Below are positions 20,634 to 32,008 of a stretch of 44,503 bases of DNA, one piece after another. The notes beneath the pieces were generated by a model that saw nothing but the letters and a program-made list of their open reading frames with translations, made no database searches and was not told the DNA's origin. The translations under genes were made by a program, and so were the position numbers. This stretch comes from Asterionella formosa. Its lineage: Eukaryota. Positions within the stretch are counted from its first letter, which is position 1; the number at the start of each line of letters is the position of its first letter. The stretch spans positions 1-44,503 of the forward strand of contig NKIB01014352.1 in assembly GCA_002256025.1 (NCBI GenBank). Reading direction: 5' to 3'.

Positions 20634-23216
20634 TTACAAGAATGATTCATTGAGGCCTTCAATGGCCTGTGCGATTGCATCAACTTCTTCATCTGACATG
20701 GTTGATTTTGGCAGAGGATCATTTGCTACTACGACTTTGACAGTAGTTCCCTCAAGCACAGCCTTTCGGCTCAACATTAGTTGACCCTTGTCATTAATAC
20801 CAAGGAGTTTCACTTCCAGTTCCTCGACTCCCAAAGACTTCATAAAGCCTTCACAACTTCTCACTCGTTCCGTGTGCAGCTCAGAAATATGGCAAAGACC
20901 TTCGAGACCAGGTGTTGTGCCATCTTCTGCACCAGGTAATATCTCAACAAACACACCGTATGCATGAATTCCAGTGATCTTACCCTTGTAAACCATTCCA
21001 ATTTCAGCATCTGGCCCGGCATACTTAGCCTTGGGTGCCCTAGGCTCTCTGCCACCGCGGCCTCCACCTCCGCCAGCGACCAAACTTTTCACAAAAGCTT
21101 CGGCTGCTGTCAAATTTGCCATGTCCATGCCAGTAATTTGAACTGATCCATCATCAATGACATCCATGTTCGTGAGGCCAAAGTCTTCAATAATGGCACG
21201 GATTTGTTTTCCTCCGGGGCCAATAATCTTTCCAATAGAGTCAGGTTCTACCTTGAATTGAGCCATTTTGGGAACAGTATCTGGTAATACTGAGCGGCTT
21301 GTGGGAAGGCACTTGGCCATTGCCTCCAAGAGATGGATGCGACCAACGCGCGCTTGCTCAAGGGCACGTTCCATGGTTTCCACGGTAAGCCCTTCACACT
21401 TAATATCCAACTGAAAGGTGGTGATTCCGGTATCATCTCCAGCCACTTTGAAATCCATCGTGCCCAACGCATCTTCGGTTCCAAGAATGTCAGAAAGAAT
21501 AATAGAGTTTTCGTCCGACACGCCACTGCTGTCTCCCAATAGCATACCCATGGCAATTCCTGCAACTGGTTTTTTGATGGGGACTCCGGCATCCATGAGG
21601 GCCAAGCACCCTCCACAGACAGATGCCATGGACGATGATCCATGAGATTCAGTCACAAGCGATTCTAAGCGAATACTATAGGGGAAGGTAGCTTCATCGG
21701 GAAGAGTGGGAATCAAGGCGCTGAAATGTAAAAGAAAATATTAGCAAATGTGGGAAGAACAAATGCGCTTTCAGGAAATATAAATCGCATCCTGAATAAC
21801 GTACCGTTCAGCCAAGTTTCCGTGTCCAACTTCACGACGCCCTGGCGCACCCACTCGACCGGTCTCGCCGACACAACTAGGAGGAAAGGTGTACTGCAAG
21901 TAAAATCGCTTTGTGTCCAACCCACCAATCTTGTCAATTTTTTGCTTCATTCCGGAATCTCCCAAAGTAGCAGTAGCAATGGTTTGAGTTTCGCCTCTGG
22001 TAAAGAGAGCAGACCCGTGGACTCTAGGCAAGAATCCAGTCTCCATGTCCAATCGACGAATTTGGTCCAAGGCTCGGCCGTCGCAACGCAATCCAGTGTT
22101 TTTCGCTTTGATGAACATTCTTCGGCATAACAAGTCTTTGAATGCTCCCTTGATGGCAACGTTTTTCCCAGGAAAGTCGTCAGAGAGTTCTTCAATCACA
22201 GCAGTGTACAAGCTATTCATTACTTTGCCTACGATTTGTTTCCTTTCCGTCAAAGCATACATGGCGTCAATGCGGTCTGAGAAGAGGGAATCTACCTTCT
22301 CTTGGAGCCCTTCAATTGGTGGCAGGATCGTATCGTATTTCTTTTCATTGCCAACCAAAGCCGCCAGGGCTTCAATCCCCGCACATAACTTCTGGACAGC
22401 CTCGTGACCAAATTTGACAGCAGCAATCATTGTGGCTTCTGGCAAAAAATCCGCCGCACCTTCAATCATCAACACTGCATCCTTGGTACCTGCTACTGTC
22501 AGGTGCAGCGAACTAACTTCCATTTGCTCATCTGTTGGATTTAGGATAAACTGCCCATCCACATAACCCACATTGGCCCCCGCCACTGGTTTCGTGAGAG
22601 GAATGTCGGATATGTAGCATGCAGCAGCACTTGCGGTAATGGCTAGCGGGTCGCATGACTGTAAGCCATCATAACTCAAGACCCAACTCAGTAATTGCGT
22701 CTCATGTCTCCATCCCTTGGCAATTAATGGTCGGAGAGGCCGATCAATCAATCGGCACGTCAATATTTCATGATCACCGGCACGGCCATCACGTTTGTTG
22801 TAGGATCCGGAAGTCATCCCAGCGCTACTGAAGCGTTCTTGATGTTCCACGGACAATGGCAAAAAGTCAATTTCATCTTTGGGATCGTCGTCACGAGCGG
22901 CAGTGGCGTACACGACAGTTTTCCCACGAGTTAAAGTAATAGCACCAGCTGCGAGACGGCCAATCTTGCCTGTTTGTAGAATCAAGGGGGAAGTGTCTCC
23001 AATATCAATGGTCAAAGTGTGCACCGGTTGGTCAGCAGGGCCGTTGTAATGTGTCTCGATGGTATAGAAGCTGTCGTCGTGTCCATTGATGAGCGATTCC
23101 GACAAGGCTGCGGAGTTTCTGGTAAACGCAGTCAACGTTCTTGGGATGGAAAATCCAGAAGCTGGCGCTGCCAGCATCAGCAAGAACAACGATCCTGTTT
23201 CGATCATGAATTTCAT
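20634..23216 (-). CDS. pnp: Polyribonucleotide nucleotidyltransferase (PNPase), plastid-targeted (~832 aa; intron 21721-21804)
   Basis: Two RNase PH domains (RLIDRPLRPL, HGSALFTRGETQ, RREVGHGNLAERAL after splicing, GSSSMASVCGG, EDALGTMDFKVAG), KH (IGKIIGPGGKQIR) and S1 (EGLCHISEL). Signal peptide plus ASG|F bipartite motif from the ATG at 23216. Confidence 0.97.
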
Positions 23217-24794
23217 GTTGACTAATGAATGAAATCTGGATGCCAACTGTTTTTTTAGCGTAGCGTAATCTATTGGTGGACTATGAATCGACTACCTTCT
23301 GATTGTGGAAGAGTGAGGAGTGTCAGGAGTATATAGAGTAGGAGGAAAGATTATAGTTGACTCATCCGAGGGGGTGCTGGGCTTGTGTTGTGGGTCGGAT
23401 GATACAATGATGAAGGTCGAACTTTTGGTGAGCTCGTGGCTTCTGTGGTCGTCGAAATAATCATTGCCAAACACGTACTTGACGGAAGAATTTGTTCTGG
23501 TGTCTTTTGGGCGGGTGTTTAGGACCATGCAATGATAGTGACGAGGACTGGTACGTACCATGGATGTACCTGGTATTGTGGTACCTGGTATCGAGCAGGT
23601 GATGAATAGCCAACCTATGTACGACTATCATGTATGATAAATCGGTTGACGTGTACCAGTACAGGTACCTGCACCAGGAACTCCACTAACAATTAGACCT
23701 GGTACCAGTACATAGTACTGCCGAATTTTGCTCGCTTCGTCGTTTGTGCAGACAATGAAATAACAATGTACCATACATTGTAAATGAAATTAGAATTTAA
23801 TGTAGTGAGCATGTAAGTTACTAGTTAGTAGTATATGTATTTATCTAGGTAAATATGGATGTAGTTGTGGATGCCCACCAATTTGCTCAATTTTCAGAAC
23901 TCATGATTTTCCCACACATCATCTTGCAGAATTGTCTAGGCCTTTCATTTGTTGGATTGTTGGTTCATAGCAAGAATACCCATGGATTTTTGGGTTAGTG
24001 CATTGATCCATACACTCTGTCTCAAAATAAATGGCCAATGAAAGGAGAACACAATTGCCTTTTGACTTGGATGCAAAACATGAGAAACTGGTTTGGCACA
24101 TCCCTCCCTTCCTTAGCATTTTTGTTCCATGCAGCTTGGCCATCAGATTGAAAAGGAATTGAAAATTTGAAGTTAGTTTTTTGTTAATTGGGCATAATTG
24201 GCAATTTGAATGACCACATGGAATTGACAGGTACACTGCACAGGCAGGCAGCTGATACCATTGATGGATTGGATATTTATACTTGAATGAGCAAGCAAAG
24301 GATGATAATTTCTTTATTGCAATCTTGTTAAATGTGAGACTCTTGGGGGGGGGGTTGCCTTGCTTGTGATGTTTCCTTATTCTTGTCTGCAGACTTCTTC
24401 CTTTTTACTCAAGTCATCAAGACTATGAATGGTATCAAGTTAATTTTCTATTGCTCGAAGTAGAAAAGGGATATGATAATATATTTTGCAACAACATGTG
24501 GTTCATTCAACTTACAGATATTCAGTTATTAGTATTACATATGCTTTATTTGAAAGGGGCAAAACAACATGCTCGTTGAGAATGGGTGCATCTGCCCGTG
24601 TTTGGCTGTTGTCTGCTTGTTGTTTTGTCACCCATATGAACAACATGGATTGCAATGCGAAAGGCAATGGTTGAGTCAATCGCCCTATTGCTTACTGAAA
24701 TAGGTGTACTTTCATGCACTTTGATTTAATTGATGACCCTTCGAAATTCCCAATACATTCTGGCAGTGTTGAAATTTGATACGATATCGAAAAC

Positions 24795-26972
24795 TCACGG
24801 AACCGGATTATTCCCGCCAAGTTTCAACGATGGTAATCCATTGGATACTGTCGACCGAATGGCTGCAGCCAACGATGATCCCAGGAACTTGCCACCGAAA
24901 CCCTCTTCGTCATCTTCGTCACCATCCCGTTGCTGCTGATACCTGACTTGCTGCGACGCTGGACCTGCACCCAACACTTTCCGAATGGTATCACCTCTAT
25001 TTCCCTTACCAAGTTCGTTATGGAACCATGCGATTCGTTCATCAAATTTGGTTCTCCCCAGTCGTTCGCGTTCCTTAGCTTCTGCAAAGGTGATGGTAGC
25101 AGCTTCCATAAATCGCTCTGTAGCTGCTTCCCATGTAAACTCGTGAGCTAGCTCAGGAGTTAGAGGGTCAGGTTCATGCAGCATGGCCCAGCGGAGGTTG
25201 GCGACAAACTCAAACTTATTGCGATAGGCGAGGCAGTTTGGAAATCGAAGAAAGAAGGTATTGGAGGGATGAACAGGAATGACTACAAACTTTCCCATTG
25301 CCAAGGCTTCTGCTGTAGTCGTGCAAAGGACTTCAGAAACACTTGGGTTCACGAAAATTGAATACTCCTCTTTCAAGGCAGAATGGTCGATTCGACCCGG
25401 GAATGATGCAGGAATTTGGGTTCTTCTTAGCTCGTAGAAACGTTTGGGAAGATCGAATTCCAACGACTCAGTTGTTTCTCGAATCGACTGTCGAATCCTT
25501 ACTAGTCGCCCATTTTTGTCGGAAGGTAAAATCTCTTGCGCAGAAGCGTCTATCAACTCCTCCTCAACTGTCAGTGTAACTTCTTCGATTGACCCGTCGT
25601 CGACTTGAATGGGTTCTGTAACTTGTGTTAATGTCACTTCCATTTCATCCACGTTCTTTCGGCCGTGATAGGCTCGAATGATATCTTTTCGATCAGGACC
25701 ATCCCCGTAAATGTTTATCGCGAAGTAATCTCCCGTGCATTGCTTGTAATATTCTTGCAAATCTAGCATCAAGTCGAATCCCTTAGCCCATAACAACTTT
25801 CCAATAAAGTAGACACCCCGCTGGCTCCCACCTTCGAGACCTCGCCGTTGGCCTTCGGCTAAAAAATCGCTTCGTACCCCGTGTGTATTCGACGTGGACT
25901 CCTTTTCTGGGGCAAAGGTTTGCAGTACGTCACTTAACTTAATGACTTTATGACAATATGCTCGGACCATGGCAGAGGACAAGACAGCAATCACTGGTGC
26001 GGTCCAAAGTCCGTGGTATTGGGAGGACGCGTACTCCTTATAGTTTGTGTGGACTATCCCAATCACATAGTTGAACGATGATGTCCAACCTGTTCCGGGA
26101 GCTCGATACCAATTCAAATGTTCGGGCTCTTCCAATACACATACATCTCGATCGTCAATGAGCGATAGAATATCGCCCATGGCAAAAATGCTCTTCAGTC
26201 CAGAGTGATACCGAGCTGGATAAAAGATTAATTTCAAGTCGTCCGCCACATCGGCCATGTCGGCTCCGTCTCGAAGCCAGTTTCGAATGAAGTTTTCTTG
26301 ATCGGCGGGTGTATCAAATTTGTGGGTCCCATACAATTCAGCACGGTCTTCTTCTAGCTCCAACCATGGGATAACAAGTGACACCCAGCCCCCTTGACCG
26401 TTGTTGATTTGTTTTGTTTTGCGGCACAAGTATGCTGCGCGGAGCAAGGGGTTCACAGCAGTCCCTGTCATCCATGGCAATGCTGCCGTTGTGACAATGC
26501 ACATGTGCCGTCCTGGAAGAGAAAGATCCGATTGGGGTGTAATGGCGGTTGGGTCTTCGTTGTTGCTTTCATCCAAAACCGCGTCCATTTCGCGATTCAA
26601 TAACGCGCTGCTTGTCAAGGCAATGCGATCTAAGAAACGTTTTCGAATATCGGAGCCTTGCTCCCTGATTTTTGACCATGTCGATCTTGCTTTGATGGTA
26701 ATTTCTCCTCCATCTGTTGATTGCGAATCCTTCTGTTTCTTGAATCTGGACCATTTCCTTCGCTTCGCTTTGATAATTGTTCTTGCTTCGACCATTTCGT
26801 CTTTGAATTGAGGCTGCTCGTCCTGGTTTTTCCCAATGACATGACTCTTCTCTCCCGTCGACCCTCCTCCACTGAACAAGAGAAGGTGCTTCGAAACTCC
26901 TTGATATCCCACAGAAGAGCAGACGACCCAGGCAGCGACAAATACCGCCAAATGTCCAGCTAGGATTCTCAT
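24795..26972 (-). CDS. DGD: Digalactosyldiacylglycerol synthase (GT4), 725 aa
   Basis: IVTTAALPWMTGTAVNPLLRAAYL, LEEPEHLNWY, GIVHTNYKEY, YCHKVIKLS, YFIGKLLWAKG and NPSVSEVLCTTTAEALAMGKFVV; N-terminal signal peptide. Confidence 0.95.
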   Translation of the reverse strand: MRILAGHLAVFVAAWVVCSSVGYQGVSKHLLLFSGGGSTGEKSHVIGKNQDEQPQFKDEMVEARTIIKAKRRKWSRFKKQKDSQSTDGGEITIKARSTWSKIREQGSDIRKRFLDRIALTSSALLNREMDAVLDESNNEDPTAITPQSDLSLPGRHMCIVTTAALPWMTGTAVNPLLRAAYLCRKTKQINNGQGGWVSLVIPWLELEEDRAELYGTHKFDTPADQENFIRNWLRDGADMADVADDLKLIFYPARYHSGLKSIFAMGDILSLIDDRDVCVLEEPEHLNWYRAPGTGWTSSFNYVIGIVHTNYKEYASSQYHGLWTAPVIAVLSSAMVRAYCHKVIKLSDVLQTFAPEKESTSNTHGVRSDFLAEGQRRGLEGGSQRGVYFIGKLLWAKGFDLMLDLQEYYKQCTGDYFAINIYGDGPDRKDIIRAYHGRKNVDEMEVTLTQVTEPIQVDDGSIEEVTLTVEEELIDASAQEILPSDKNGRLVRIRQSIRETTESLEFDLPKRFYELRRTQIPASFPGRIDHSALKEEYSIFVNPSVSEVLCTTTAEALAMGKFVVIPVHPSNTFFLRFPNCLAYRNKFEFVANLRWAMLHEPDPLTPELAHEFTWEAATERFMEAATITFAEAKERERLGRTKFDERIAWFHNELGKGNRGDTIRKVLGAGPASQQVRYQQQRDGDEDDEEGFGGKFLGSSLAAAIRSTVSNGLPSLKLGGNNPVP

Positions 26973-29161
26973 AATTGTCGTTTTCTTCTGTGGCTAGCCC
27001 AGTTGCACAATAATGGAAAGAAGAAATGACCTTAGTTGCTTGTAAACTGATAGGAGAGATGAGCTGAGTTCGATCTGAAGGAGGAACTCCACCGAAGAAA
27101 CCGAGAGTATAGAGCAGCGATGGGATTCTCGTTGTGGGAATGTGTCGTGTCTGGTGCTGTTCTTATTTTTCCTTTGTTATTTTTAAAGTATTTTCTTCGC
27201 ATGACGAAGACATATATATATATACATGAGTATTGTATGTATAATATATTGCAACATGCCTCGCTTTTATGCTGAGTACATATATTTCATAGGTATTCTA
27301 CCGGTATGACAAAAAAATGCTTCTGACTTGAATCTCGACGAGCGTGCAGCAGCCGAAACGCTTTTGCTGTCTCGTCTCGTATATATATTCATAACCTTGT
27401 ATACGAATAAAGTACATTGAAACTGGGTTCCAGTGTACATGTACGTCAGCAATAGTGATTCAGTATGTAGGTACTCCGTCTGTTCATATACCGGTATTCC
27501 AGGTAGTTGCACCCAAACTTTGCGGCTTGGCTGATCATGAAGAAGGCAAGCGCAAGCTCCGATAATTCTCCGGCTAACAGCCCCTACTAATTAAGAACCG
27601 AATGGTGCCTTTTAATATGTGTTGGTATATGTTCTAACTACATAGTCTAGAATTACGCTACTGGTAGGTGAACCTGACCTCAATTTTTTGGCGCGTTTTT
27701 TGTAGAATGGTGCCCTGATTGGAATGTTTGCTCCCCTTTTTTGTTGACCCTTCGTAAGTCAATAGACCCTAAGTAGCTAGAAGAATCTTAACACCAAAGC
27801 AGCAACAATACGTTGTTGATGGCTCATTTCACAACCACCAAAGGGAGGCTCCTGATAAGACTGTCAACATGCATGACCAGCTCATCATAAACCCAGGTGT
27901 GCACAAACCTTAAACCCCAATAATAGCCGATATGATTTAGAATGCAGACCAAAGAAAATCAATAGCCCTAAACTATCCACATGTATTGCTAATTTGCATT
28001 GTAATCGCCTAGCTAGTTATACTAATCTAACCAACATCCCTATTGCCAGCATTGTCTCTTGTATAAAATACATATTGCTTCTGTAGCGGGTTTCTTTAAA
28101 GGACATGGAATGAGCCAGGTTACTAGTTGCTGAGCATGATGCAACTATACTGGAACAGAGGTTCTGAATCAATATTATTCAGACTACTGGTAGCTACAGC
28201 CGTGTCCAAAATGCCACTCTGAGTATCTTGGACGCTTGTACAATATATAACATTTACATTCAATATAAAGTCTATTATAAGCCTTATATAATGAGGGCCA
28301 TTCCTAGCAGGGTTTGCTTGCCAAACCTAGCTAGAAAACAGGTAATTAAGAGCCTCTCCACAATTTTCAGGGAAAGTCTCCAGAAATAAAATGTGTGGCT
28401 GTTCAGTGGCAATGTCAGTCACTTTTGTACCTTTGTTGCTCTATGTCAAAGAGAACAAATGCTTGTTGCATTGCATTTTATTTAAATTGGCATACTAATT
28501 TAATAGTAATATCACTTCCTATTGGCCCAGCTTATTTATATACTGCTGCATAGATAAACCAACAAGACAGCACCCATGTGATGTTGAGTTTGTTTCACCA
28601 ATTGGAAGTCTCCTAGGTTCTACTTGTTATTGACTTGTTAGACTAAGAGGTTCTGTATAGAAGTCTCTCTGACATGGTGTTTGTCATTGAACATCCCTCT
28701 ACACCAAGTATCATCAGAATGACTGACTCATGGTTTACTGTAAGTGGTATCCCTGCTAGTCCGTCAGGATGTAGGTACCAGTTGTTACACACCATGGAAA
28801 ATTATTGACCCCTCATATACAGGTATCCAGATCTGGAATCAGGAATCTCTGTTTCTATTTGGTGGCGGTACCAGGAGGTACCGGGGTACATCACATCATC
28901 ATTTTCATTACATAGGTTTGCATTCCCGGTACCAGGTACTGACTCTGCCTGGAGTGGCACCTGCTATGTACCTACCGGTACCCTGGTAACATAAAATTGA
29001 TTTCCGGGGTATGCTGGTACCTGATACTCCGAATATCAAATTTCCCAGACGACGAAGGGATGCGGGATGCGAGATATATCGGTTTCTATTAAATCTTTAT
29101 AATAACAGCTACCGGGTGTGTATCCTGTTAGTAGTTTTAGCTTGAGCATTGTGACAACATA

Positions 29162-31120
29162 ATGGAGGAGGGATCTCTGGTACAAGAGGCTCTGCAGTAC
29201 ATGCAACAGTCTCGCGAAGCTGGAGGAGCAACGGTCCATGGCGGAACGTTGCAGAATACATTGTGGATAGATGTGTTTTTGGTGGAGTCATCAGCCACCA
29301 CGCCGCCGCCGTCGTCGTCGCTGCAGACGCTGGCAACCATTTGCCTCGACCTAAATGCCGCGATGAACAATATTCTCCAATCGTACCCATGGCATGCTGG
29401 TGGGGAAGGACCTGTCTTTGGAATGACTGAAACAACTGGTTGTGCTCACCTACGGGCCACTTGTCGATATGGCGCCAATGTCGACGATGAGTGGGCCGCC
29501 ATTGCTGGTGTGCTTCAATTGTCCAAGGCCTATTCGCAACTGGCGTTTCAATGTTGGGATGTGGATGATGGGCATGTCCTGTTGATTGAAGCGGCTCTTC
29601 ACCTGCCGCCGTGGGTGGACTCTATTTCACCTGCTGCTTGTCGCTATAGGTGTTGGATCAGGACGGGAAGCATCATTCTGATACGACCGGTTTATGATTG
29701 CAATGATCACCTGACATTGATAGATGGACTCTTCAGAATAAGTCAAGAGAGTTCTTTAGAGCGACCAGCATCGCTTCAAAATTCTATCACGACGAGGATA
29801 CAGCGCTTTCTAGATGCGATACATGTCAATCCACCGAACTGGAAGGGTCAACTTCATCGATCTGCATTGATTGTCCCTCGATGTGTTGCCCAGTTGATAC
29901 ACTCTCATCCACAACTCGTCAATTGCGCAGTGACTACCTTTAGTCAGTATTCGTACTGCAAACAGCCACCGGGGATCATTGATTTTTCTGATCTGGTATG
30001 GACGGTACATCCATGTGCAAAAACGTCGTACGCCATGCTACGGACGTTGGTGACTCCAGTATGGACTACGGAGGACTATATTCCTCCTATCTACCAAGGC
30101 ATGGAACAACGGCGCATGGCACGAGCGTGTCGTGTCGACTCGACACCTCATCTAGCGCACGCCCTACAAATAGGTGTTCGTTTGACTGCCGGTTTGGATT
30201 ATATCTTAGGACAGAAAGAGTCAGCTATATACGACGTTACCATTCAAGATCGAATCATGAAGCACTGGGCTTCGATAGATATTGCGTGTGGAGGAAATGG
30301 GAAATGGCTTCAGCGAGCCTACCTTGTGGGACCGAACCACACATCGCATGATTTAGAGCCTTTCTTGAAATGTCCATTGTATAACATTGATTTGAACGAA
30401 GGAATTCCGTGTCCACTATCAAGTCCTGGAAAGACATTGAAAGCACTTATCAAGCAGAAACTCAGCAGATGTGAGGGTGACAACGCAACAAATTTTGCGA
30501 TACCCTCTTCAGGGGACGTTGGCAGCGAGACTTGGATGCAATTCACGGAGGCTGAGTGGGAAAGAGAACATGAAGCTAGAGAGCAAAATGCAACATTCCG
30601 CGATCTGAACAACGCCCAAGCCAGCAACAGCGAGGAGGAAAAGCAACAAGAGGTTCTAACCACCATGTTAGGATCCTTCCAAACCTTTGTAGAAGCAAAA
30701 AGTGACGTGGAAGGAATTTCACATGACAATCCAACGCAGAAAGAAGGCGAAACGGTCGAGATCAATCCACGTATTTTCATGAACTTACTTCACAAAGTCT
30801 TGACCTCGTCCCCCGAGGATATCAAGAAGTTGGGCAACAATGATGAATGGGAATCTTATTTTGCGGATAATGACGATGATGAGGAGGAGGATTTTGCGGA
30901 TGAGGATGTCATGGGGTTGATGAATGCCATGGACATTGAAATTCGGGAACGAGGGCACACAATTGACAAGGAATATACTTCAGTCACAGAGGACGAGCTG
31001 GTGTTGTCTGGTCTCCTCCAATCACTTGATGACAGTGCTGGTGGTCCTGGTCCAGTTCAAAACATGTTGAAGGAGATGGGGATCGAGCCTCCGAACTTTC
31101 AAACAGAAAGCGATGATTGA
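29162..31120 (+). CDS. ECD: Ecdysoneless/SGT1-family protein, 652 aa
   Basis: YPWH, TCRYGANVDDEW, DVDDGHVLLIEAALHLPPW, CRYRCWIRTG, FQTFVEAKSDVEG and NMLKEMG motifs, with an acidic C-terminus. Confidence 0.88.
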   Translation: MEEGSLVQEALQYMQQSREAGGATVHGGTLQNTLWIDVFLVESSATTPPPSSSLQTLATICLDLNAAMNNILQSYPWHAGGEGPVFGMTETTGCAHLRATCRYGANVDDEWAAIAGVLQLSKAYSQLAFQCWDVDDGHVLLIEAALHLPPWVDSISPAACRYRCWIRTGSIILIRPVYDCNDHLTLIDGLFRISQESSLERPASLQNSITTRIQRFLDAIHVNPPNWKGQLHRSALIVPRCVAQLIHSHPQLVNCAVTTFSQYSYCKQPPGIIDFSDLVWTVHPCAKTSYAMLRTLVTPVWTTEDYIPPIYQGMEQRRMARACRVDSTPHLAHALQIGVRLTAGLDYILGQKESAIYDVTIQDRIMKHWASIDIACGGNGKWLQRAYLVGPNHTSHDLEPFLKCPLYNIDLNEGIPCPLSSPGKTLKALIKQKLSRCEGDNATNFAIPSSGDVGSETWMQFTEAEWEREHEAREQNATFRDLNNAQASNSEEEKQQEVLTTMLGSFQTFVEAKSDVEGISHDNPTQKEGETVEINPRIFMNLLHKVLTSSPEDIKKLGNNDEWESYFADNDDDEEEDFADEDVMGLMNAMDIEIRERGHTIDKEYTSVTEDELVLSGLLQSLDDSAGGPGPVQNMLKEMGIEPPNFQTESDD

Positions 31121-31154
31121 TGGCCCTTACTATCAGTTCAAGGTATGGTCAGTT

Positions 31155-31505
31155 TGTTTGGAATGACTGAAACGACAGGCATCCTCACTCATGGGCAAAG
31201 CCTGTCGGTGTGGCGCCATGTTGACGATGAGGGGGCTGCCATTGCAATGACAATTCACTTATCCAAAGCATGTTTACAACTGCCGTTTCAATGTTGGGAT
31301 GTGGAGGATGGACATGTCATGTTGATAGAAGCGGCTCTTCAGCTAAAGCGTATGTTTACAACTGCCGTTTCAATGTTGGGATGTGGAGGATGGACATGTC
31401 CTGTTGATAGAAGCGGCTCTTCAGCTACTGGCGTGGGTGGACTCTATTTTACCTGCCTCGTGTAGCCATACATGTTGGATCAGCAAGGCAAGCATCATAT
31501 TCCAA
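31155..31505 (+). pseudogene. Partial, frameshifted duplicate of ECD 5' region (29413-29690) with an internal 82-bp tandem duplication
   Basis: tttggaatgactgaaac...gtttcaatgttgggatgtgga.gatgg.catgtc.tgttgat.gaagcggctcttca...gtgggtggactctattt shared; duplicated unit at 31271 and 31353. Confidence 0.9.
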
Positions 31506-32008
31506 TATAACCACAACATGGTTTTATTGTACATACGGTTGACGAAATGACAAGACACAAAAACAAATGGTGGACACGTACTGCAGTTCTCAAAGAGTTT
31601 GAAATATTATCAGACAAGTGAATCTGAAATACAGATTTCTACCCGTGCCACTCTGTTGTTAGGCTTAATGAAAAATTGCATCATATGACACAATGATAAA
31701 TTGATGAATTCATAGATGGAAAGAATAGTACAAAAGAACAGTGTTTCAGCATATGAGTTGTCCTTACAGCTGTCTTCTCGTATTTCTCCACATGATGCTG
31801 GCTCGATCTTCCGACCTTGGCATCCTGACATCCTCCAATTTTGTGATGTGATGACTTGAAATGCTGTTTCCTCCACCTTCTCCCTAATTTGCTTTGACGG
31901 TTCAGTCATTCAAAACAGTGGAGTGTGCGTACTGCCATTCATCATCAAACCTTTGCCTTTCACCAAATTATTTGCTACCACGATGTTAACTAAAAACCCA
32001 ATTTTATA

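Noticed and set aside
20634..23246. Split PNPase (two genes) and TTG start at 23246
   Set aside because: An 84-bp GT-AG intron restores AERAL, and the ATG at 23216 gives a proper bipartite presequence. The same logic joins the formin and Cys-rich ORF pairs.
27500..28700. Possible decayed TE or ncRNA between DGD and ECD
   Set aside because: Only a short imperfect hairpin (~28303-28334); no coding motif, termini or RNA-gene signature that I can support.
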